A stretch of 64,000 nt of DNA, from the NCBI GenBank assembly GCA_017619355.1, contig JAFZSO010000026.1:3969-67968 (forward strand), written 5' to 3'. Shown in pieces: positions 37,798-47,456 of this stretch. Every line of letters begins with the position of its first letter. Within the stretch, counting starts at the first letter, position 1. The notes under the pieces were generated by a model. It saw only the letters and a list, made by a program, of their open reading frames with translations, ran no database searches and was not told where the DNA came from. Source of the stretch: Muribaculaceae bacterium (GTDB lineage Bacteria; Bacteroidota; Bacteroidia; Bacteroidales; Muribaculaceae). Made by a program: the position numbers and the translations under genes.

Positions 37798-40524
37798 TTA
37801 GAAGTTAATGCCCACGCTCAGCGTATAGGTGCGTGCTACAGGATACACATTCTTGTCGTCGACGCCTATGGTGGAGTTCATGGCAGAACTGTTGATCATA
37901 GGGGTGAGACCCGAGTAGGAAGTGATGGTGGCAAGGTTGTTGACGGTGAACGACAACCTGAGCCGTTTCACATACTTCGCCACCTTGCTGCTCAGCGGAA
38001 TATTCCAGCCCAGCGTCAGATAGTCGAAGTTCAGGTAATCGCCTCGCTCCAGCCAGTAGTCGGTGGCCGTCTGGTCCTGAATGTTGGCTTCAGGAGCCTT
38101 CGAGAGCACATTGTAGCCAGGCAGACTGTTCATGTTCATATAGGTGAGCGAGGTGCCGTTATAGATTTTGTGTCCAAACGCCCCATTCATCTGCAGCGAA
38201 ATGTCCCATTGCTTGTAACGGAAACTGAAGTTGGAACCAAGCAGCACCTTGGGTACAGCCTGGCCACACACTTGTCGGTCTTTGCCGTTGGCAATGTCGA
38301 TGATGCCATCGCCGTCAAGGTCGGCAACGGCATAGGAATAACCGCCTTTCTCGTTCTTCGTCAGCCCTGTGCAATGCGGCAGATAGAACACGCCCAAGGG
38401 TTGACCCACAATCTGATACACAATGTGGTTATAACCGCCATGGAAACCGGCGCCGTTCAGGCTGGCTAGGTCAACATAGGTGGGTGCTTCCAGATAGTAG
38501 TCGTTATAGTAACCGCTCAGCGAGAGCAGTTTGTTATACTGGTAAGTGACATTGGCATTGATGTTGAGTTCCATGTCGCGGGTGGTGAGCGGGGTGATGC
38601 CCAGCGCCACCTCCACACCGCTGTTGCGCATCGAGCCCAAGTTATCGAGCAATTTGTTGTAGGCGAAGGGCGGCACACTCACATTATACATATAAAGCAT
38701 GTCGGTGGTCTTGGAAGTATAGAACTCGACCGATGCAATGAGCCTGTTGCCCCAGAAGGCGGCATCAAAGCCCGTGTTGAAGGTGTGCTTCACTTCCCAC
38801 TTCAGGTCAGGATTGGCATTGCGCAACGAACCCAGCGCCACTGCCGCGGCCTCGCCCACGGGAACAATACCGGTAGGCAGGAGCCAGTTATAAGACATGT
38901 AAGAATCAATTCCGCCCAGATTGCCGGCAAGGCCATAGCCTATGCGCCACTTCAGGTTGTCGAGCCACGCCGCATCGCGCAGCCAGGATTCTTCAGAGAG
39001 CGTCCATGCGGCTGAAACCGACGGGAAGAACCCCCATTTGCGTCCATCACCAAACTTCGAGGAGCCGTCGGCACGCGCAGTTGCGGTAATCGAGTAACGG
39101 TTTTTGTAGTCATACCCTACCCTTCCCATAAACGCTGCCAGGCTCGGGTCTTCACGATAACTGCCCGTGCCCTCCCACAATGTGAGCGCGCCTGCCTGAA
39201 TGCTGTTGAAGCCCATGTCGTTGGTGCTGAAGTTGGTCGTCGTGGTATAGAAACCCGTGTAAATGTCGCGCTGCACCTCGCCCAGTGCCAACACATTGAG
39301 GTGATGGTCATCATAGCGCTTGTCGAAGGTGAGCACCGCATTTCCCAGCAGCGACTCGGTCTTCTTCGTGCCCTTGTAGGCCTGACCATGTGCCCAGATC
39401 GATGTGGGCAGGAACTGCGAGGTCTCCACCTCATTGTGGCTGTAAGCGCCAAAGAGGCTCAGATGCCAGTCTTTCGACAGATTAAAAGTGAGTTTGCCAT
39501 GGGTGCTGATGTGCACCGTCTTGTCTTGCGTGCGACTGTCCATCAGTGCGAGCGGATGGTTGATCTGGTTGGCATAAGTGAAACCGTCATAGCCGCCATC
39601 TTCATTCTTGAAAGGAGCAAAGGTGGGATTCCAGCAGGCAGCGCTATAGAAGGTCTTCTGCACATCATAGACTGAGGTCATATTCTTCTGGAAATTGCCG
39701 AACATGCCCAAGTCAATCTTCAGAAAATTATCGAACATGTTCTGATACATGCTCATGTTGCTGGTGAAGTTGCGCATTTTCTCGTGCAGAATCACGCCAT
39801 TATGCTCCATATAACCCAGCGACACGCGATAGCCCGACGCATCGCCACCACCCATGAACGCCACATGGTGGTCTTGCATGAAGCCCACTTGCTGAATCTC
39901 CTTCTGCCAGTTAGTGTTATACCCCTTGTCAATGAGCATGAGTCCTGAATTCTTGAGCACGCTGCGATAAGCGTTGGCCTCAAGCATATCCAGGTTTTTG
40001 TACACGGCATTGATGCTGAAACTCGCATTATAACTCACGCTGGCAGCACCTTTTGAGCCCTTCTTGGTTGTCACCTCAATCACACCCGATGCACCACGGC
40101 TTCCATACTGCGCCGTCTCGGTGGCATCTTTCATGATAGTGAAACTCTCGATGTCGGCGGGATAGATGCTCGACAGTGTCGAGAGATCGCCGAACACACC
40201 GTCCACGATAATGAGCGGGTCGTTGCCACCGGTGAGCGAGGTGGTACCGCGCACACGCACGGCATTCATGGCAGCCACACCGTTGTTGCTCTTCTGCACC
40301 GTGAGACCGGCCACTCGACCGTTGATGGCCTCAAGAGGATTGGTTACCTGTTTCTTGTTCATCTGGTCTTCAGTGATTCGCTCCGCAGCACCTGTGAGCA
40401 AGACTTTCTCGGTGTAGCTCGCTTCGGACACAGAATCAGCGGGTGGCGAGAGGGTCTGTGCTGCCATCGGGCAAGCAATAGCGGCGATGGCCACTGAAGC
40501 CATACATAAAAAGGTTTTTCTCAT
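37798..40524 (-). CDS. SusC/RagA family TonB-dependent transporter (short, 908 aa)
   Basis: DPLIIVDG, KDATETAQYGSRGASGVIEVTTKKG, RADGSSKF, NPDLKWE and terminal Phe. Confidence 0.95.
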   Translation of the reverse strand: MRKTFLCMASVAIAAIACPMAAQTLSPPADSVSEASYTEKVLLTGAAERITEDQMNKKQVTNPLEAINGRVAGLTVQKSNNGVAAMNAVRVRGTTSLTGGNDPLIIVDGVFGDLSTLSSIYPADIESFTIMKDATETAQYGSRGASGVIEVTTKKGSKGAASVSYNASFSINAVYKNLDMLEANAYRSVLKNSGLMLIDKGYNTNWQKEIQQVGFMQDHHVAFMGGGDASGYRVSLGYMEHNGVILHEKMRNFTSNMSMYQNMFDNFLKIDLGMFGNFQKNMTSVYDVQKTFYSAACWNPTFAPFKNEDGGYDGFTYANQINHPLALMDSRTQDKTVHISTHGKLTFNLSKDWHLSLFGAYSHNEVETSQFLPTSIWAHGQAYKGTKKTESLLGNAVLTFDKRYDDHHLNVLALGEVQRDIYTGFYTTTTNFSTNDMGFNSIQAGALTLWEGTGSYREDPSLAAFMGRVGYDYKNRYSITATARADGSSKFGDGRKWGFFPSVSAAWTLSEESWLRDAAWLDNLKWRIGYGLAGNLGGIDSYMSYNWLLPTGIVPVGEAAAVALGSLRNANPDLKWEVKHTFNTGFDAAFWGNRLIASVEFYTSKTTDMLYMYNVSVPPFAYNKLLDNLGSMRNSGVEVALGITPLTTRDMELNINANVTYQYNKLLSLSGYYNDYYLEAPTYVDLASLNGAGFHGGYNHIVYQIVGQPLGVFYLPHCTGLTKNEKGGYSYAVADLDGDGIIDIANGKDRQVCGQAVPKVLLGSNFSFRYKQWDISLQMNGAFGHKIYNGTSLTYMNMNSLPGYNVLSKAPEANIQDQTATDYWLERGDYLNFDYLTLGWNIPLSSKVAKYVKRLRLSFTVNNLATITSYSGLTPMINSSAMNSTIGVDDKNVYPVARTYTLSVGINF

Positions 40525-40536
40525 ATTTCAATATCT

Positions 40537-41310
40537 TTAGTTTATTTTTCTGAAAAAGTATCGACCCTTGTCCTGCGTCTGCTTGCCATACTGGATGGCT
40601 CTTGTGGGGCAATAATGCAGGCACGCCAGGCACATGGCACACTTGCCTTGCCATTTCGGACCATTGTCAGTAAGTTCAATATTCATCATCGGGCACACCT
40701 CCACGCACTTGCCGCAACGGCTGCACACCGCAGGATCGGCGTGAAATGGCTTGTCGCTCATGGCATAGCGTCTGAACCCGGGCCTGATGATGTGCGACTT
40801 CACCCACCGCCAACGGCCCACCACCACATCGGTGGTGCAGCGGTGCTCGGCTATGCGCATCGCCACATTCTCGATGCGTTCGGGAGCGGCACGCAGTTTC
40901 TTTTGTTCTACGGTCTTTTCATCCACATAAAACCCTTTCATGCAGATGTAGTTGTTGGGCATCTGCACCGAGAAGGCACCTTGCAGCGTGAAACCGTGCT
41001 TGCGCAATGCCTTGGTGAAGATGGGCACCGAGCGCCCCACATCGTCGCCACAGGTGGTCACCATATAGCAATAGGTTGCCGGCGTGTAACCGGCAACCTT
41101 CAGGTTCTGAAGCAGCTCGAGCATGATAGGCGCTGGTCCCCACGAGTAGGTGGGAAACACGAAACCCAGCATCTCTCCCGGCTGCAATGTGTAATCGAAT
41201 TTTTCAAAGTTGATGGCTTCGGCCACCGACACAAGGTGTTCGTTGAGCTGCTCGGCGAGCTGTTGCGCCACATAGCGGCTGTTGCCGGTACCCGAAAACC
41301 AAAGTATCAT
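40537..41310 (-). CDS. EFR1 family flavodoxin-ferredoxin fusion
   Basis: FSGTGNS N-terminus; CxxCxxCxxxCP twice. Confidence 0.9.
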   Translation of the reverse strand: MILWFSGTGNSRYVAQQLAEQLNEHLVSVAEAINFEKFDYTLQPGEMLGFVFPTYSWGPAPIMLELLQNLKVAGYTPATYCYMVTTCGDDVGRSVPIFTKALRKHGFTLQGAFSVQMPNNYICMKGFYVDEKTVEQKKLRAAPERIENVAMRIAEHRCTTDVVVGRWRWVKSHIIRPGFRRYAMSDKPFHADPAVCSRCGKCVEVCPMMNIELTDNGPKWQGKCAMCLACLHYCPTRAIQYGKQTQDKGRYFFRKIN

Positions 41311-41312
41311 GA

Positions 41313-42506
41313 CTACTGAAGTTTAGCGAGTGCCTCGGCTATGCGCCGGCAGGCCTCGGTAATGTTTTCGTCGCTTGTAGCATAACTGAGCCTGATGTGG
41401 CCCGGACAGCAGAAGGCGTCGCCAGCCACCGTGGCCACATGCGCCTCGTTAAGCAGATACATTGCCACATCCATGGCATCGTTGAGCACCACATCGCCAC
41501 AACGCTTGCCAAACAGGCTCTTCACACCAGGGAACACATAGAAGGCGCCATCGGGCTCGTTCACATCCAGTCCCGGTATCTCACGCAGCAGCTTCACGAT
41601 GAGGTCGCGACGGCGGGCAAAGGCCACGCGCATCTCCTCCACGCAGTCCTGCGAGCCACGATATGCAGCCTCGGCGGCTTTCTGGGCAATAGATGAGGCA
41701 CCGCTGGTGTACTGGCCCTGCAACTTGTTGATGGCCTTGGCCAGGGCAAGCGGAGCCGCCACAAATCCCATACGATAGCCTGTCATGGCATAAGCCTTCG
41801 ACACACCATTGATGATAATCACGCGGTCCTTGAGTTCGGGGAACTGGGCAATGGATTCATGTCCGCCCACATAGTTGATATGCTCGTAGATTTCATCGGC
41901 AATCACCATCACCTGCTCGTGCTTGGCCAGCACCTGTGCCAACGCCTGAAGTTCGGCCTTGCTGTAGATGCTGCCAGTGGGGTTCGACGGTGAGCAAATA
42001 ATGATGAGTCTTGTAGCTGGCGTGATAGCAGCCTCCAGTTGCTCGGGTGTGACCTTGAAGTTCTGCTCCATGGTGGTGGGAACCAGCACATTCTTGCCAC
42101 CGGCCAGGATCACCATCTGCACATAGCTCACCCATGCGGGGGTGGGAACAATCACCTCGTCGCCAGGATTGATGACGCTCATGATCACATTGCACAGCTC
42201 ATGCTTGGCACCATTGCCCACCACTATCTGCTCGGGCGTGAAGTCCAGGCCGTTCTCATTCTTCAGTTTGTCGCTGATGGCCTGCCTGAGCGACAGGTAG
42301 CCCGGCACGGGCGAATAGAACGAGAAGTTGTCGTCAACGGCCTTCTTGGCGGCCTCCTTGATGTGGGCAGGCGTGAAGAAGTCGGGTTCTCCCACCGACA
42401 TGTTGATAACATCAACTCCCTGTGCCTTGAGTTCTGCGCTTTTCTGCGACATGGCAAGTGTTGCCGAAGGCGATAATGCCTGAATGCGATTTGAAATCTG
42501 CTCCAT
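41313..42506 (-). CDS. aspC: aspartate aminotransferase (class I PLP)
   Basis: GEPDF, SPSNPTG, DEIY and SKAYAMTGYRMG motifs. Confidence 0.93.
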   Translation of the reverse strand: MEQISNRIQALSPSATLAMSQKSAELKAQGVDVINMSVGEPDFFTPAHIKEAAKKAVDDNFSFYSPVPGYLSLRQAISDKLKNENGLDFTPEQIVVGNGAKHELCNVIMSVINPGDEVIVPTPAWVSYVQMVILAGGKNVLVPTTMEQNFKVTPEQLEAAITPATRLIIICSPSNPTGSIYSKAELQALAQVLAKHEQVMVIADEIYEHINYVGGHESIAQFPELKDRVIIINGVSKAYAMTGYRMGFVAAPLALAKAINKLQGQYTSGASSIAQKAAEAAYRGSQDCVEEMRVAFARRRDLIVKLLREIPGLDVNEPDGAFYVFPGVKSLFGKRCGDVVLNDAMDVAMYLLNEAHVATVAGDAFCCPGHIRLSYATSDENITEACRRIAEALAKLQ

Positions 42507-42562
42507 AGTTGTTTTTAAGATTAATGCTTTTATTTCTTGTTAATGGGTTTTAGAATAAAATG

Positions 42563-42726
42563 CAAATATAAGCATAAGAATCCGAACCGCAAAACTTTTA
42601 CCCCCATGTTTCAACGACCAAATGATTATTAATTCCATTATATTGGTTCTATTATGGTAGTTTATTGATGATTAGCGCTTATCGGTTGATATTTTTTGCC
42701 AACAAACACAATTAATAATATATTTG
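42563..42726. promoter_or_regulatory. divergent promoters for aspC (-) and the VTC operon (+)
   Basis: TATATTTG on the minus strand at 42563-42570 and on the plus strand at 42719-42726. Confidence 0.7.
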
Positions 42727-42755
42727 CGCGTTTATAACTTAAATATACACCCGTC

Positions 42756-43535
42756 ATGAACCAGTTGATTGGCACATATAGCCCCATCACGCTCGAGCAA
42801 ATGAGCGGCATCAGGCTCATGAACCGCATCGACACCAAGTTTGTCACCACACGGTCGCGGCTCATGCAGTTGCTGGAGCTCGCACGCGACCAATATTACG
42901 TTCAGGAGACGGGGGGATTGCGCGTGATTCCTTACTATACGACCTACTTCGACACGCCCGACTTCAACATGTATGTCACGCACCAGAACGGCCATGCCAA
43001 CCGCCAGAAGCTGCGCATACGCTCGTATGTGGCATCAGGCCTGAATTTTCTTGAAGTCAAGACCAAGGACAATCACAAGCGCACGCGCAAGAAACGCGTC
43101 GAGCTCACACCGGCAGTGATGGAACGCGCCCACAAGGGAACCATGACCTTTGCTCAGGGCGATGTCTACAACGAGTTCCTTGCCAAGCATCTGCGCTATG
43201 ACTCCCAGGAGGTTCGGCAGACGCTGGAGAACAACTTCAATCGCATCACGCTGGTGAACCGCGGCAAGACCGAGCGGCTCACCATCGACATCGACCTCAA
43301 GTTCCACAACCTGATTACCGGCGACGACGCAAGCCTGGCGCAACTTGCCATCATTGAACTCAAGCGCGACGGCCTGCTGCGCTCACCCATCCTCGACATG
43401 CTGCTGCAGCTGCGCATCAAGCCCCTTGGATTCAGCAAATACTGTATGGGCTCTGCCCTGACCAACAATAATCTTAAAACCAACCGGTTCAAGGAGCGCC
43501 TGCTGCTCATCGACCGGATGCAACACACATCATAA
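42756..43535 (+). CDS. VTC (polyphosphate polymerase, CYTH/TTM fold) domain protein
   Basis: RIDTKF, TTYFDT, KLRIRSY, FLEVK, ERLTID, IELK and FSKYC motifs. Confidence 0.9.
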   Translation: MNQLIGTYSPITLEQMSGIRLMNRIDTKFVTTRSRLMQLLELARDQYYVQETGGLRVIPYYTTYFDTPDFNMYVTHQNGHANRQKLRIRSYVASGLNFLEVKTKDNHKRTRKKRVELTPAVMERAHKGTMTFAQGDVYNEFLAKHLRYDSQEVRQTLENNFNRITLVNRGKTERLTIDIDLKFHNLITGDDASLAQLAIIELKRDGLLRSPILDMLLQLRIKPLGFSKYCMGSALTNNNLKTNRFKERLLLIDRMQHTS

Positions 43536-43559
43536 ACAAAACACACAAAAATTAATGAT

Positions 43560-44270
43560 ATGGACGAAATTAATGCAATAGCCCCCAGTGTCTTTTCCGA
43601 CAATATGGTGATCATGGCCGAGACATTTGCCGTGAACATTCTGTTCAGCTGGATCATTATCCACTTCCTGTATTATCGGAAGAGCCACAGGCGCGACTTC
43701 TACTTCACCTTCCTGCTCATAAGCATTGCCATCTTCTTCCTCATGTTCTTCATGACCTACATGCTCGATAACATGAAGGGGAAAACGAGCATAGGTATCG
43801 GCATAGGTCTGTTCGGCATCTTCAGCATCATGCGATACCGCACCGACACCATGCCGGTGCGCGAAATGACCTACCTGTTCAGCATCATCTGCTTAGCCGT
43901 GGTCAACGCCCTGGCTGCTGGCGGGTTAGAGTTCCAACCCATCGTGCTGCTGCCCAATATGGCGGTACTGCTCGCCATCATGCTGTGCGAATTGCTGCTG
44001 CTCAACAAGAAGGAGGCAACGAAACTCATCCAGTATGACCGCATTGCCCTGATTACCCCCGACAAACATGATGAACTCATTGCCGACCTGGAAGAACGGA
44101 CAGGGCTGAAAATCAAGCATGCAGAAGTGGGTGCCATCGACTTCCTGCGCGACATGGCCATCGTGCGCATCACTTATGTTGACAACAGCAAGACTCTGAA
44201 GGATGCGCGCATCCAGCACACCATTAAACTGCGACGCGACCAATGGGAAAATGTTCAAGATACACAATAG
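43560..44270 (+). CDS. DUF4956 membrane protein
   Basis: GLFGIFSIMRYRT..REMTYLF and LIADLEERTG motifs; several TM helices. Confidence 0.9.
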   Translation: MDEINAIAPSVFSDNMVIMAETFAVNILFSWIIIHFLYYRKSHRRDFYFTFLLISIAIFFLMFFMTYMLDNMKGKTSIGIGIGLFGIFSIMRYRTDTMPVREMTYLFSIICLAVVNALAAGGLEFQPIVLLPNMAVLLAIMLCELLLLNKKEATKLIQYDRIALITPDKHDELIADLEERTGLKIKHAEVGAIDFLRDMAIVRITYVDNSKTLKDARIQHTIKLRRDQWENVQDTQ

Positions 44271-45001
44271 GCCTGCTGCTCCTTGCCTCCATGGCGATAT
44301 GGTGCACCGATGCGGCTGCCGAGGACGACTTCGGCATGAGCTACTCGTTGGGAGTTGAGAAGAAATTCTCAAAAAAGACCAAGCTCGAGGCCGAGGCCGA
44401 ATTGCGCACCCGCAACGACACTAAAACCCTGGACCGATGGAGTCTGGAGGTCAGCGCCAGCCATAAACTCACGCCATGGCTCAAGGCCGAGGCAGGTTAC
44501 CTGTGGCTCTATGACAACAACCGCGAGAAAATCACCTATAACACGAGCGGCAGCTATAACAACTGGCGACCCTCGTACTGGGGCACGCGGCATCGTTTCC
44601 ATGTGAGTCTCACAGGCAGCTTCGACATTGGCCGGTTCGGCTTCTCTATCCGCGAACGCTACCAGTACACCTACCGGCCCACCGCTACCACCACACGCTA
44701 TGACTTCGACAACGAGTGGTGGGAAGATACCGAGGTCAAGTCAAAGCACGACCACACCTTGCGCTCCCGCCTCAAAATCGACTACAACATTCCCAAGAGC
44801 AAACTCACACCCTATGTGAGCGCCGAATTATTCAACGACATGAGCCTCACCAAGTCGCGCTTCATGGCAGGGGCCGACTATACGCTCAAGAAGAAGCACA
44901 CCTTTGGGGCTTTCTATCGCTACCAGATTGTAAACAGCAACGATAACGACAACGAAACCAACGAACACATGATAGGGTTCAGCTACAAATATAAATTCTA
45001 A
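44243..45001 (+). CDS. DUF2490-type outer-membrane beta-barrel
   Basis: signal peptide, amphipathic strands, RERYQY, LRSRL, PYVSAELF and terminal YKYKF. Confidence 0.82.
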   Translation: MGKCSRYTIGLLLLASMAIWCTDAAAEDDFGMSYSLGVEKKFSKKTKLEAEAELRTRNDTKTLDRWSLEVSASHKLTPWLKAEAGYLWLYDNNREKITYNTSGSYNNWRPSYWGTRHRFHVSLTGSFDIGRFGFSIRERYQYTYRPTATTTRYDFDNEWWEDTEVKSKHDHTLRSRLKIDYNIPKSKLTPYVSAELFNDMSLTKSRFMAGADYTLKKKHTFGAFYRYQIVNSNDNDNETNEHMIGFSYKYKF

Positions 45002-45015
45002 CCCCGTTCTGTCCA

Positions 45016-46263
45016 ATGAAACGCATTCTCTACTACATAGCCGCACTAGTCATCACCTCGTTCGCCGTTTCGTGCGAGAACGACGACACCGACTTCAGCG
45101 ACATCATCAACAACCACAAGACCGACACCACCGTCGTCGATTCCGACACTGTAGTCGTTCCCGTTATCGAGGTGAAGGAAATTGCCATCGACTCCACGGC
45201 TCTTGAAGAACCCAGCGAGGTGATACCCACCGACCATGAAGACCCATCTTACGAAGACTATGTGGAGAATGCCGAGTTCAAATACACCGTCAACATCCAC
45301 TTCAGCGACGACGGCAATGCCACCCTGAGCGGCAACACGGCGCGCGTGAAGGCCACGGTCAATGGCAACCACGTGACCATCAGCACATCGACCAAAAAGA
45401 TTGAGTATGTCGTGAGCGGTTCGTCATCCAACGGCTCGCTCAAGATTTACAGCGACTATAAGTTCAAACTCACGCTCAACGGCGTCACCCTGACCAATCC
45501 CAATGGTGCCGCCATCAACAACCAGTGTGGCAAGACGATGTATCTCGTGCTTGCCGACGGCTCTACCAACCGCTTGGAGGATGGCTCCACCTACACCGAT
45601 GTCGAGGGCGAGGATCAGAAAGCCACCTTCTTCAGCGAGGGGCAAATCATCTTCAGCGGCAGCGGCACGCTCAATGTGATAGCCAACGGGCGCAATGCCA
45701 TTACCAGCGACGACTATGTGCGCATCCGTCCAGGCGTCAGAATCTACGCCAAGGCACTTGCACGCAACGGCATCAAGACCAACGACGGCGTGTGGATTGA
45801 CGGCGGCGTGCTCAACATCGAGACTCACGCCAGTGGCTCTAGGGGAATCAATTGCGAGTCAAACATCTACATCAATGGCGGACGAACCACCATCATAGGT
45901 TCGGGCGGCGTGACAATTGAGCAGGGCGACACCACCAGCTGCGCTGGAGTCAAGTGCGACAGCACGCTCACCATGACGGCCGGCGTGCTCAACATCAAGT
46001 GCACTGGCGAGGGGGGCAAAGGCATCCGCTCTCATGGCGACTTCCTGTTCAGCGGAGGTGAACTCAACATCGTTACTACTGGCGAGAAGGGACTCGCATC
46101 TCCCAAGGGCGTGAAGTGCGATGCCGGCTTGAGCATCACAGGCGGCCGGTTCTATGTCTACAGCACCAACGCCGCAGCACTTGACATAGAAGGCAGTTTC
46201 TACCTTGCCGACGGTTACATTTCACAACAGATTGGCACACACTACTATATTGTGGATTACTGA
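45016..46263 (+). CDS. carbohydrate-binding beta-helix lipoprotein (Cthe_2159-like)
   Basis: lipobox AVS-C; SGSSSNGSLKI, LNGVTLTNPNG and repeated GI/GG beta-helix rungs. Confidence 0.85.
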   Translation: MKRILYYIAALVITSFAVSCENDDTDFSDIINNHKTDTTVVDSDTVVVPVIEVKEIAIDSTALEEPSEVIPTDHEDPSYEDYVENAEFKYTVNIHFSDDGNATLSGNTARVKATVNGNHVTISTSTKKIEYVVSGSSSNGSLKIYSDYKFKLTLNGVTLTNPNGAAINNQCGKTMYLVLADGSTNRLEDGSTYTDVEGEDQKATFFSEGQIIFSGSGTLNVIANGRNAITSDDYVRIRPGVRIYAKALARNGIKTNDGVWIDGGVLNIETHASGSRGINCESNIYINGGRTTIIGSGGVTIEQGDTTSCAGVKCDSTLTMTAGVLNIKCTGEGGKGIRSHGDFLFSGGELNIVTTGEKGLASPKGVKCDAGLSITGGRFYVYSTNAAALDIEGSFYLADGYISQQIGTHYYIVDY

Positions 46264-46357
46264 CCAGTGCATACAATGTGATCAAAACAACAGTTTCTTA
46301 AAAAGAATCGCTTTATTTCAACGACTATATTAACAATTTCATTTCAACAACGGATTT

Positions 46358-47233
46358 ATGAAAACATTAACATGGATGATGGGACTTGCAGCGGCCATGA
46401 TGCTCGCCGTTTCATGCACTCCCAAGAAGGAAGCACAAAAGGTGCTTGTTCTCTACTATTCTCAAACTTCGAACACCAAGGCCGTGGCCGAGGAAATCGC
46501 TAAAAAACTCAATGCCGACATCGAGGAAGTGGTGCCCACCACCCCCTACGACGGCGACTTTCAAGCCACCATTGAGCGCAGCATGAAGGAGCGCGAGGAG
46601 GGCAAAGTGCCCGAAATCAAGCCCCTTACTGCCGATGTGTCGAAGTACGATGTGATTTTCATTGGCTACCCCATCTGGTTCGGAACCTATGCTCCTCCCA
46701 TCGCTGCCTTGCTCGACCAGATTGATCTGAGCGGCAAAAAGGTGGTGCCCTTCTGCACCTTTGGCAGCGGCGGCCTGGAATCGAGCGTGAAAGATCTGGC
46801 AGCCAAGCAACCCAAGGCCGAGATTCTCGAGGGCTACGGTGTGAGGGCCGCACGACTGAAAGCCATGCCCGAAGAAATCGACCAGTTCCTGAAAGCCGGT
46901 GGTTTCATTGAGGGCGAGTACACCAAACTCGAAGACTTCCCTGAGCAGCATGAAGTGAGCGCCGAAGAGGCAGCCATCTTTGACGCCGCCGTGGGCGACT
47001 ACCCCATGATGAATGCCAAGGCCACTAAGGTGGCTTCACGCACCATTCCCAATGGTACCGAATATCTCTTTACCGCCGTCGACAAGCCGCGTGACGACAA
47101 ACCCAACATGCCACCCCCAGGCAACATGAAGCCCGGCAAAGACAAACCCCAGATGCCGCCTCCAGGCGATATGAAGGTCTATGTCACGGTAGTCAAGGGT
47201 GAAGCCCCCGTGTTCACAAAGGTAATCAGATAA
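46358..47233 (+). CDS. flavodoxin-like lipoprotein with an extra C-terminal domain
   Basis: lipobox AVS-C; LYYSQTSNT, IGYPIWFG and PFCTFGSGG motifs. Confidence 0.85.
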   Translation: MKTLTWMMGLAAAMMLAVSCTPKKEAQKVLVLYYSQTSNTKAVAEEIAKKLNADIEEVVPTTPYDGDFQATIERSMKEREEGKVPEIKPLTADVSKYDVIFIGYPIWFGTYAPPIAALLDQIDLSGKKVVPFCTFGSGGLESSVKDLAAKQPKAEILEGYGVRAARLKAMPEEIDQFLKAGGFIEGEYTKLEDFPEQHEVSAEEAAIFDAAVGDYPMMNAKATKVASRTIPNGTEYLFTAVDKPRDDKPNMPPPGNMKPGKDKPQMPPPGDMKVYVTVVKGEAPVFTKVIR

Positions 47234-47267
47234 CCAGTTTTTCTTGCAAAACTCGCATTTCACATAG

Positions 47268-47300
47268 GTTGGCGGGCACTCGTGCTCGCCAACTTTGCTT
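47268..47300 (+). terminator. terminator after the flavodoxin gene
   Basis: GTTGGCGGGCAC/GTGCTCGCCAAC stem followed by a T-rich tail. Confidence 0.7.
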
Positions 47301-47456
47301 TTCACATCATCTTCTTTTCCAGCATGTCAGCAAATCTGTTTTCCTAATCTTTGAAAAAATGTGACATATTTGATTGCAGAAAAAGAAAAAAATCGTATAT
47401 TTGCCCGTTACAATTGTCTTTTGACACTATTTTTAAACGAAAAAAACAATATTCTC

